Shown here: piece by piece, positions 39,197 through 47,334 of the stretch
Layout: every line of letters begins with the position of its first letter
Numbering within the stretch: position 1 is the first letter of the stretch
Virus record (IMG/VR): IMGVR_UViG_3300000234_000006
Coordinates: 1-54,754 of that record
From: a virus
Taxonomy: Duplodnaviria; Caudoviricetes
Length of the DNA: 54,754 nucleotides
Strand: one strand, 5' to 3'
Notes under the pieces: model-generated
What the model was told of the DNA's origin: nothing
What the model saw: the letters and a program-made list of their open reading frames with translations, nothing else
Databases searched by the model: none
Made by a program: the position numbers and the translations under genes

Positions 39197-40297
39197 ATGA
39201 ACAAAGAAGAACTGGATAAAATAATTCAAAAAGTCAAAGAGGCAAGAGAAGATTATTATAATCTAAATCCAAAAATAAGTGATGAAGAGTATGACTTATT
39301 GGTTGAAATTATCAAAAAAGAAAAACCAGACGAAAAAGAAGTATTGAAAGTCGGGGCGGAAGTACCAAAGAACTCCGTTTGGAATAAAATCAAACATGAT
39401 ATGGTGATGGGGTCACTAAATAAAGTAGTGACTTTCGAAGAGCTGAATGAATGGAGAGATAAATATCATATAAAAGAAATGTTCATGACCCATAAAATAG
39501 ACGGGTCTTCTCTCGAAATAGTATATGAGGATGGAGTTCTTAAAAGTGGAATTACAAGAGGGGATGGTGTTGTAGGAGAGGATATAACTGAAAATATTGT
39601 TAATATTCCAAATATCCCAAAAACCATCAAAGTAATGGGAAAGGTGAACATAAGAGGTGAAGTTGTTATGACAAAGAAGGTGTTCAAAGATCATTATTCT
39701 GATGAATATGCAAATCCAAGAAATACTGCAAATGGAAAGGTCAGAGAAAAGAAAAACGGAGGGAAAGATTGCTTGAATCTAAGATTCATAGCGTATAACA
39801 TGCTGATCGACGGAATGTTTTATGAAGGGACAATGAGTGGTTTGATATTGAATCTTAAAGGATTGGGGTTTGAAATACCACATTTCTTCATTATTGCAAA
39901 TAACACTGAAGACCTCAAGAAAAAATATGATAATTATTTGAAGGGTGAAGATATTGAGTATGAAATTGATGGATTAGTTGTTTCTTGTGAAGATTTGAAG
40001 TTATTGAATGAACTCGGCGATGAAAATATGAGGCCGTTAGGTCAAATCGCTTGGAAGTTCCCTTCAACTATGAAAAGTTCCAAAATAACTGGTATTCAAT
40101 GGCAAATAGGTCCGTCTGGAAGAATAACACCAGTGGCGAAAATTGAACCTGTTGAAATTGAAGGAGTTAAAATAACGTCAGTTTCACTCCATAACATGAA
40201 TATTTTTAATGAACTCAACTTGCACTTAAACGATGAGGTTTTGATTTCAAGAAGAAATCAAGTCATTCCATACGTTGAAAAGAATTTATCAAGATAA
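39197..40297 (+). CDS. ligA: NAD-dependent DNA ligase N-terminal half (Ia, adenylation, OB domains)
   Basis: YY..ISDEEYD, KIDG, TRGDG, RGEV, NPRN, EIDGLVV, IAWKF, GRITPVA, SLHN; ends just after motif VI-like RRNQVIP. Confidence 0.92.
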   Translation: MNKEELDKIIQKVKEAREDYYNLNPKISDEEYDLLVEIIKKEKPDEKEVLKVGAEVPKNSVWNKIKHDMVMGSLNKVVTFEELNEWRDKYHIKEMFMTHKIDGSSLEIVYEDGVLKSGITRGDGVVGEDITENIVNIPNIPKTIKVMGKVNIRGEVVMTKKVFKDHYSDEYANPRNTANGKVREKKNGGKDCLNLRFIAYNMLIDGMFYEGTMSGLILNLKGLGFEIPHFFIIANNTEDLKKKYDNYLKGEDIEYEIDGLVVSCEDLKLLNELGDENMRPLGQIAWKFPSTMKSSKITGIQWQIGPSGRITPVAKIEPVEIEGVKITSVSLHNMNIFNELNLHLNDEVLISRRNQVIPYVEKNLSR

Positions 40298-40495
40298 ATT
40301 CTTTATTAAATTTTCAAGAATTTCTATAGATCCAAGAGACACACATGTAAACCTTATTTCTTGTTTATCATATTTACCAATAATGTCCTGTAAGAAAACC
40401 GGTCCTTCATCAGTGTGAAGGACCGGACCCTTATCTGTAACCTCTAAAACTGCATCTAATATTATTCCGGTATCGATCTCATGATCAGTCATCAA
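40289..40495 (-). CDS. Hypothetical protein
   Basis: 68-aa ORF coupled to thioredoxin. Confidence 0.5.
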   Translation of the reverse strand: MMTDHEIDTGIILDAVLEVTDKGPVLHTDEGPVFLQDIIGKYDKQEIRFTCVSLGSIEILENLIKNLS

Positions 40496-40823
40496 GAACG
40501 ATACCGGCTTCTTCCAGCATACTGGAAACGCCGTTTTTATTCATAGTTCCAGCTCTGGTTTTAGCGTTGGAACCGTCAACGAATATTGCAACAGTTGGTA
40601 AGCTTCTAACATATTTGGAAGATTCTGAGAAAGAATCTATGTCTATAACAACACATTTTATGGCATTCTTATGATTTTCGTTGAATTTCTCAAGAATCGG
40701 AAGCATGATTTTGCAAGCAGAACACCATTTGGCTGTGAAAAGAGCCAAAACAGGTATTTTAGAGTCCAAAACTTCGTTTTGGAAATTTGGGCTTCCGACT
40801 TTGGTTAATTTTTGCATGAGCAT
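40485..40823 (-). CDS. trxA: Thioredoxin
   Basis: FTAKWCSACK active site, cis-Pro VRSLPT; adjacent to RNR. Confidence 0.85.
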   Translation of the reverse strand: MLMQKLTKVGSPNFQNEVLDSKIPVLALFTAKWCSACKIMLPILEKFNENHKNAIKCVVIDIDSFSESSKYVRSLPTVAIFVDGSNAKTRAGTMNKNGVSSMLEEAGIVLDD

Positions 40824-40884
40824 TTTTAGAACCTATCAACGGATGAACGAGACTGAATTTTGTGACATTTTTAAATAAAATTTA

Positions 40885-43686
40885 TCAAGAGCATCCTGTT
40901 GTGGTTCCGCAGTTCGTGCAAAGATAACAAGAACCGTTTCTGAAAGTCACCGAACTACAATTCGAACAAAGGGGTGCATCAAGTGACTTCGACGGTTTGA
41001 AATTATGGTCATGATCACTCAAATCCTCAGGGAATGCATTATCATCGGATTCATCCCGAGACATGCTTTCACCGTCCGGTGGGGCTTTTGAAGCCCGGAT
41101 TTTATCGACGGTGTTTTTTATTTCGGAATATTCACCGCCATAATATTTCAGGTCCAAAACCTTGAATATGTAGTCATATAAACTACTGGAGAAAGGAATG
41201 TCAGGGTTGTTTGTCATCCCGGCAGGATCAAACTTTGTATTCGTGAAACTTGGAACAAACCTGTTCAGAGGAATGCCATATTGTAAAGCAATACTGAGAA
41301 GCTGGGTGAAACCGTCCAAAAGGCCGGATACGGTGCTCCCAGGTTTACCGAGCTTCAGAAAAACTTCACCAGGACGACCATCGGGGTATTCATTTACGAT
41401 CAAATATCCTTTATATCCATCAATACTGAATTTATGCCTCCAACCAGTTATATCATCAGGAAGTCTTTGTCTGGTTGCTTTTGTTGACTTAAGTATCTTC
41501 TTATCAAAAGACTTTGAAGGCTCTTTAACTTCCTTTACATCCTCAGTTTTTGTTACGGACAGAGGCTGAGAAGCCTTACAACCATCTCGATAAAGAGCAA
41601 CACATTTTATCCCCATCATCCAAGCAGACATGTAAATATTTGCTATTTCTTCAACCGTGGAACTGTTGGGGAGGTTCACAGTTTTGCTTTGAGCACATGT
41701 GATGTTGGGCTGTATGGCTGCCATCATTTTAAGATGGGCCATTGGCGTTAAACATCTTCCATTTGGACCAACTGGAAGGGCACAATCAAATACTGGCCTA
41801 TGAGCGTTAAGAAGGTATTCACAACCATCAACGTGGCCATGTACGTCTATATACTTCAGTATTTCCTCTATTGATTCGTCTGTATAATAGAGATTTTTAA
41901 GAGCAATCGGAACATCCTTATTAACAATCTTAGCGTAGCCACCACCAACCATGCTCTTATATGAAACAAGACCTATGGCTGGCTCGATACCAGTGGTGTT
42001 CATCCCCATAAGAAAGCTTATGGTTCCGAGAGGAGCCTGGAGAGTGGCTTGAGAAATATTATACCCATAAGTTTCTCCATAAGAGATGACCTTTTCCCAA
42101 AGGTTTTTTGAAAAATTATAAATTTCTTCAGTAGGGCCACTGACTAAGTGATCCCTGTGCATTTTCATGACATCAAGCATTTCCTCTTTGTTATTTTCGA
42201 ATTCAGGGAATGGGAAAGTCTTTAAGGCAATACCAGAAGAACAAAGATAAACAATTCCAGTCATCATGCTTGCTAAAGCAGCAGCATACTGTCTTCCAAT
42301 ATCCGAGTCATAAGAATGACCCATGCGCATCAAAAGAGAACCCAAATCACCATAATTAGTTCCGATGGGACGGAGCTTATGGGAGTTTATCTTGATAGCT
42401 TCTGTAGGGTATTCTGCCTTACCAACAATTGCCATTTGGCTTACAGAAAAGACACGAATCGCGTTACAATAATCAAAGATGTTGAGTTTATTTTCTGAAT
42501 TGAAATACTTTGTGAGATTTATAGCACAAAGATTACAGGCAGTATCATCTACGTGGAGAAATTCGGAACAGGGGTTTGAAGCTCTAATTCGTCCGGCATT
42601 CGGAGTCGTGTGCCATTTATTGATTACAGTTGTGAATTGTATGCCGGGGTCTCCGCAAATCCAAGCAGCATTTGCGATTTCTTTCCAAAGGTCCTTGGCT
42701 TTATAAGTATTTATTGGTTCGCCATTAACACGAGAAGTCGTACACCATTCGCCGTCGTTCAAAACAGCATTCATGAACTCGTCAGATATACTGACCGAGT
42801 TATTCGCGTTTTGGAATTTAACACGTTTATATGCCCCATTAGGGTCGTCGTAATTTACACTATACCCAATTTTAACCAAATCATGAGCAAGCTTCTCTTC
42901 GACAGCTTTGCAGGTTATGAAGCCCGGTCGACCATCACGAGTTTGAAGAATGTCTGGATGATCAATATCCAGAACATTCATTTTGGCAGCGTTTCTCGTC
43001 GCACCACCAGATTTCATAGCTCCAGCATAAGAGTCAAGACCGTTCATCCAAGACATGGGTCCTGAAGTATAAGAACCGGCTGAGATCTTTTCCCAAGAAG
43101 ACCTGAGATTCGATAAGTTAGCACCAGATCCAGAACCGCCACGGAAAATGGCAATTTCTGATTTCTGATAATCCATGATATCGTCGAGAGAATCCTCGAT
43201 ACCAGAGATAAAGCAAGCAGAAGCAGCTTGTTTTCTCCCAGGAACACCAAGATTGAACCAAACAGGAGAGTTGAAAGCTCCGTATTGATGGACTAAACAA
43301 TAAAGAAGTTCATCTTCATAGACGTTAGCATCTTCGCTGGAGTCAAAATAATTTTGTTCAGTAGCCCAATGCTTGAGTGCAGCGACAACTCGTGAAAACA
43401 TTTCTTTAGCAGAAGATTCTTTATATTTTGAAGAACCGTTTCCTATCCAACGAAAATATTTCTCAGCAACGATGTTGATGGTGTTTTGGTCCCAAAAATC
43501 TGGGACTTCAACGGAAAGCTGCTCGAAAACAACTTTTCCAGTAGAATTCATGATCCGTGCGTCAGCACGAACCCATTTAACAGTATCAAACGGGTGAACA
43601 GATTGACTAGTGAAATGTCTTTTCCATTTTCCAGGATTCTCAACAAACTTAGAAAGAATGTTTGCGTACACGGAATTGTCAGACAT
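40885..43686 (-). CDS. nrdJ: Class II (adenosylcobalamin-dependent) ribonucleotide reductase
   Basis: AFNSPVWFN, SACFI, GSGSG.NLS, SNPCSEF..ACNL, APLGTISF, SKTVN, YRDGCK, C-terminal domain ending CSNC..CYLCTNCGTTTGCS. Confidence 0.93.
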   Translation of the reverse strand: MSDNSVYANILSKFVENPGKWKRHFTSQSVHPFDTVKWVRADARIMNSTGKVVFEQLSVEVPDFWDQNTINIVAEKYFRWIGNGSSKYKESSAKEMFSRVVAALKHWATEQNYFDSSEDANVYEDELLYCLVHQYGAFNSPVWFNLGVPGRKQAASACFISGIEDSLDDIMDYQKSEIAIFRGGSGSGANLSNLRSSWEKISAGSYTSGPMSWMNGLDSYAGAMKSGGATRNAAKMNVLDIDHPDILQTRDGRPGFITCKAVEEKLAHDLVKIGYSVNYDDPNGAYKRVKFQNANNSVSISDEFMNAVLNDGEWCTTSRVNGEPINTYKAKDLWKEIANAAWICGDPGIQFTTVINKWHTTPNAGRIRASNPCSEFLHVDDTACNLCAINLTKYFNSENKLNIFDYCNAIRVFSVSQMAIVGKAEYPTEAIKINSHKLRPIGTNYGDLGSLLMRMGHSYDSDIGRQYAAALASMMTGIVYLCSSGIALKTFPFPEFENNKEEMLDVMKMHRDHLVSGPTEEIYNFSKNLWEKVISYGETYGYNISQATLQAPLGTISFLMGMNTTGIEPAIGLVSYKSMVGGGYAKIVNKDVPIALKNLYYTDESIEEILKYIDVHGHVDGCEYLLNAHRPVFDCALPVGPNGRCLTPMAHLKMMAAIQPNITCAQSKTVNLPNSSTVEEIANIYMSAWMMGIKCVALYRDGCKASQPLSVTKTEDVKEVKEPSKSFDKKILKSTKATRQRLPDDITGWRHKFSIDGYKGYLIVNEYPDGRPGEVFLKLGKPGSTVSGLLDGFTQLLSIALQYGIPLNRFVPSFTNTKFDPAGMTNNPDIPFSSSLYDYIFKVLDLKYYGGEYSEIKNTVDKIRASKAPPDGESMSRDESDDNAFPEDLSDHDHNFKPSKSLDAPLCSNCSSVTFRNGSCYLCTNCGTTTGCS

Positions 43687-44557
43687 TTTTCTTCGGCTCC
43701 TCAGAGATCTGGATTATTTGGATTTCTAAGTCAGGTTTCACGTTTTTTCCTGACTTATGGGAGAAATCCAAAAAAGAAAGCTTCTTTAGGGTTTGAGACA
43801 GAAATTCGTTCGACCAAGAATCTATAAAATCGATATACTGTTTCCTGATGACAAAAGAATGTACACCAAGAAGGCTTGACATCTCATTTTCACTCTTCCC
43901 GGAATGACACAATTTGTTAACCAAAAACTGATTCGAAACTGATCGCATCAAATAAGCTAATATCCAACCTGTCTCATCATTACGACTTTGAAGAACGTCA
44001 TAATAGGTCATCGCTTTTTTTGAGTTAAATTCATAGATTGAGTCTATGATGTTTTTAGGAGTTATCTCTACCGAAAATATTAAAGAACCTTTGATTATGT
44101 CGGGAGTGGGTTTTTTTATGGAATGGTGTTGGCATATTATGGATATTTTTTCTATCTCAGAATTTATCTTTCGGAGACTATTTCCCAAGTTAACAAAAAG
44201 GTAAAAAGCTACTCGTGATAAATCGATTTTGAATCTTTCGCCCTCTTCTATAATCCAGTTTATTATTTTTTCTTTTTCATACGGTTTAAACTTTGAGAAT
44301 TTTTGCTTTTGTGATTTAAAAGGTAAATCCTTTTTCGGATTGACCACAAATACGAGGTCACTTTCCTCAAAGTGAAGACTTGAAAAGTCAACATCCCCTT
44401 CTATTATATAGGTTCTTGTTTTATTATCGAGCCAGTTATTTATGCGATTTTTGGTTATAAAAATGGTTTCTTCTGACAAAAAACTAGAAGATTCAGATTT
44501 TATGAATCTTTCTATCAAAAAGTCTTCATCACCGGATATTTGATAGAACCTCGCCAT
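43679..44557 (-). CDS. holA: DNA polymerase III delta subunit-like
   Basis: GDEDFLIE start, GNSLRKINSEIEKI, LGVHSFVIRK, LSFLDFSHKSG. Confidence 0.75.
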   Translation of the reverse strand: MARFYQISGDEDFLIERFIKSESSSFLSEETIFITKNRINNWLDNKTRTYIIEGDVDFSSLHFEESDLVFVVNPKKDLPFKSQKQKFSKFKPYEKEKIINWIIEEGERFKIDLSRVAFYLFVNLGNSLRKINSEIEKISIICQHHSIKKPTPDIIKGSLIFSVEITPKNIIDSIYEFNSKKAMTYYDVLQSRNDETGWILAYLMRSVSNQFLVNKLCHSGKSENEMSSLLGVHSFVIRKQYIDFIDSWSNEFLSQTLKKLSFLDFSHKSGKNVKPDLEIQIIQISEEPKKNV

Positions 44558-44567
44558 GAGAGGTAGA

Positions 44568-45341
44568 TTACATCACAGAAGATATTATGAAATTTTTCCA
44601 GTGAAGTTCAAAATCGCAGCTTGGGACCTTTTTAACTCTGGAGCTGAATTCAAGATAAAGCTTGTGGTATTTAGTGAAAGAAAAAATTTTGTTTAAAATA
44701 TGCATTAAAACAAATTTTAATTCGGGAGTTAACTCAGAGATTTTAAAGGGAAAGAAACAGTCCATAACATCAATACTTTTATATTTGAATTTAAGAGCGA
44801 ATTCTAAAATCTTCGAGTTATAATTCAAATGATAATAAATTCCAGGCTTTCCCGAAGAAAGTTCAACTGCGATTTCATTAACGTCCCCATACTGAGAAGC
44901 AAAATTTCGCATCTCTTCGTTATTTAAAATATTAAATCTTATGGAATGACGCATTCTTGAAAGAAATGTTTTATTGAAATAATATCCATTATCGTAGACC
45001 ACTATGATTTTTGAAGAATTTGGTGGTTCTTCAAGAATTTTCAAAAACGCATCTTGAGCAGTGTAATTCGAATAATCATCAAAATATATCATATATCGTC
45101 TAAAATCACTAAGCGGATAAGTTGATAAAACGCTCTGTATGCTTCTTATTCCGTCTAAAGAAGCATCTAAAATATGAGTGTCTTCCTTATGAAAGGAAGA
45201 CAACAAATCCGATATAATAGTTTTCTTCCCTAAAAATTCAGGACCACCAACAAAACAAACGCCATGTTCTTTATTATTTAAGAAGTTTTTTATTTCCAGA
45301 ATCTGATTCTGGTGTCCGAAATATTGAATAGTCAATTTCAC
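44568..45341 (-). CDS. holB: DNA polymerase III delta-prime subunit-like
   Basis: FGHQ, degenerate Walker A GPEFLGKK, AQDAFLKILEEPP, TFLSR, GKPG. Confidence 0.7.
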   Translation of the reverse strand: MKLTIQYFGHQNQILEIKNFLNNKEHGVCFVGGPEFLGKKTIISDLLSSFHKEDTHILDASLDGIRSIQSVLSTYPLSDFRRYMIYFDDYSNYTAQDAFLKILEEPPNSSKIIVVYDNGYYFNKTFLSRMRHSIRFNILNNEEMRNFASQYGDVNEIAVELSSGKPGIYYHLNYNSKILEFALKFKYKSIDVMDCFFPFKISELTPELKFVLMHILNKIFSFTKYHKLYLEFSSRVKKVPSCDFELHWKNFIISSVM

Positions 45342-45486
45342 TCTCCGAGAGGTGTACCAAGTTATACTTTACTTCAGTATCGCTTGACACACTGAACTTA
45401 TAAGGAATATTACATCCAACACAATAAAGAATGTTAAACATCCCTGATTGATCCAAAGATGAAGAACAATGAATGCAGTAGAACAT
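45274..45486 (-). CDS. Small zinc-ribbon protein
   Basis: CIHC..CVGC. Confidence 0.45.
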   Translation of the reverse strand: MFYCIHCSSSLDQSGMFNILYCVGCNIPYKFSVSSDTEVKYNLVHLSESEIDYSIFRTPESDSGNKKLLK

Positions 45487-45686
45487 TAAATATTAATAAA
45501 TCCGCCAGTTTGAATAGTCCAAACATAATTACATTTTTTGCATTTAAAAGTCACCGAACTAGAAACGTTTGTGAGTTTCTCAGCTTGAAGAGAATCGCAA
45601 GACTGACCCCCGGTAGAAGGGTCTGAACCTCTTCTGCATTTGACGAGAACTGTGGGGTTGGCTTCAGCTTTAGGAGTATTGGACAT
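45486..45686 (-). CDS. Small zinc-ribbon protein
   Basis: KC..SCDS..FKCKKCNYVW. Confidence 0.5.
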   Translation of the reverse strand: MSNTPKAEANPTVLVKCRRGSDPSTGGQSCDSLQAEKLTNVSSSVTFKCKKCNYVWTIQTGGFINI

Positions 45687-46024
45687 TAGAATTCGTTCCT
45701 ATCACTGAACTCTACCATAATATAAGCTTTTATCTTTTTATCAACGTCAAAAGGAGTTAGATATCCATCATTCCCAATAAGTTTATTTGCTATTAAATAA
45801 CACTTTTGATAATCATCATAGTTCACTCTAAAAATTTTAGCATCTGGTTTTTTAAGAGATACAACAACATAGCCAGTTCCATTGGCGGACATTTGGTTTG
45901 ATATTGAGAGGTTATTTGATATAAGATATTTAATAAGAAGGGGATAATTATCCAGAGCTTCACTCTGGGAAGCTAACCTAAATAACTTCCCATCAGAAAA
46001 TCTGTCTTTATGAGTTCCATCCAT
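45686..46024 (-). CDS. Hypothetical protein
   Basis: 112-aa ORF, coupled stop/start. Confidence 0.5.
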   Translation of the reverse strand: MDGTHKDRFSDGKLFRLASQSEALDNYPLLIKYLISNNLSISNQMSANGTGYVVVSLKKPDAKIFRVNYDDYQKCYLIANKLIGNDGYLTPFDVDKKIKAYIMVEFSDRNEF

Positions 46025-47311
46025 TTAAACCATCGAAGCAATTCTTGCCGCAATCATGAAAATTGACTTCGAAGCCACCATTTTGGAAGATTTAGGATCT
46101 TCAGCTTCAATAGAATCAGGGTCGAGGCCCATTTTCTGAAGTTTCTTAATCAAAGCGTCGTGCTTCTTAATTTCTCCTGGAGTGGGAGTCCCATTCTGAA
46201 GCTTCCACTTCAATTTAGCCAAAAGCTTTTCATCCGCATTCTGCTTTAGATCTTCAGCGGGCTCAATCGCGTTGACGTCAATTCCAAGTCCCTTGAGTTT
46301 CTTTTCAAGATTCTTGAAAGTCGTCATGTCCGGACTAGATATAACATTATTCTGAAGTCTCCACTTGAGACGCGCATATTTTCTCTTATCTTTGTCCGTT
46401 TGAACGGAATCTTTAGACTCGAGCTTCTCTCTTTCCTTCTTTCTGATGTCGGAAGGATTGGCGTCTGAGAAGAATCTTTCTTTCAAAATGTTATATTCAT
46501 AATCCTCCATATTATTCTCGATAAAATCCCACATCTGCTTTATAAGGTTATTACGAGTGTCACCGACGAAGCCGGACCAACGCTTGGCGTTCGCTTCATA
46601 AAGCTCAGGATAGGTTTCCTGCATCGCTCTAGCTTGATTCATGTTTTCTTTGATATCGGAGGTAAAACCTCCAATGTTCTCAAAGAAAACCAAGTCAAAG
46701 AGCTTCCTCTCATTTTCACCGAGAGAAGCGCGAAGGTCGGGAATCATGTCGTCCATGATTTCCACGAACCTCTTTATATCGGTGAGATCATCCAAACCGC
46801 GAGAAAGAGGGTTAGAAACCGGAGTCGGCATACGACCTTCTCCGCCTTCGGGATTTCCCCCACCCTCTCCTCTTTGTCCGTAAGCGTCATCTACCGACTG
46901 TTCGTTCTTCTTGCGCCTGGAATGACCTTTAGAATGTGACATGGCGCGAAGCGAAATATTACGAATAATAGCGTTAAGGGCTTCTTCCCATTTATCGAAA
47001 TCTTTAGCGAAGTCCCAGTCCTTGGATACGATGTAAGTAAGGAAGTCCTGGACGCTATCCATGGCGCGCTGATCATTGTTCTGATTTTGCTTCAGAGCAG
47101 CACGCATCATGCGATTTCCGATATCGCGAGCGGTTACCTTTATGTCCTGGTCGGGGTATTGCTCATTGAGAATATCGAGAATTGCTTTCCCGAAGTTATC
47201 CTCAATTGCAGCGTAGAGCTTGAACATGGATATAATTAATCTAGTTGCTGCAGATATTTTAAAAGTTGATAATTTATTAGCTAAATGCGCTCGCGCCGAT
47301 GTAGATTTCAT
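46025..47311 (-). CDS. ECF-sigma-like protein with duplicated C-terminal domain
   Basis: Region-2-like AMDSVQDFLTYI..WDF..AIIRNISLRAMSHSK, region-4-like LRASLGENERKLFDLVFFE; two repeats D.K..A.LKW.LQN..L.KKL..G.D..IE. Likely start ATG 47311. Confidence 0.55.
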   Translation of the reverse strand: MKSTSARAHLANKLSTFKISAATRLIISMFKLYAAIEDNFGKAILDILNEQYPDQDIKVTARDIGNRMMRAALKQNQNNDQRAMDSVQDFLTYIVSKDWDFAKDFDKWEEALNAIIRNISLRAMSHSKGHSRRKKNEQSVDDAYGQRGEGGGNPEGGEGRMPTPVSNPLSRGLDDLTDIKRFVEIMDDMIPDLRASLGENERKLFDLVFFENIGGFTSDIKENMNQARAMQETYPELYEANAKRWSGFVGDTRNNLIKQMWDFIENNMEDYEYNILKERFFSDANPSDIRKKEREKLESKDSVQTDKDKRKYARLKWRLQNNVISSPDMTTFKNLEKKLKGLGIDVNAIEPAEDLKQNADEKLLAKLKWKLQNGTPTPGEIKKHDALIKKLQKMGLDPDSIEAEDPKSSKMVASKSIFMIAARIASMV

Positions 47312-47334
47312 CAATCTACTTCGGTAACAAAAGT

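Noticed and set aside
38652-40297. Active invertible (phase-variable) switch reconstituting ligA
   Set aside because: No matching inverted repeats at both ends and no recombinase seen; retained only as a historical inversion hypothesis.
40885-43686. Intein or intron in nrdJ (also checked terL, recD2)
   Set aside because: Motifs are contiguous and lengths normal; no C..HN junctions.
41198-43827. Several ORFs overlapping nrdJ
   Set aside because: Shadow or alternative frames of a well-conserved gene.
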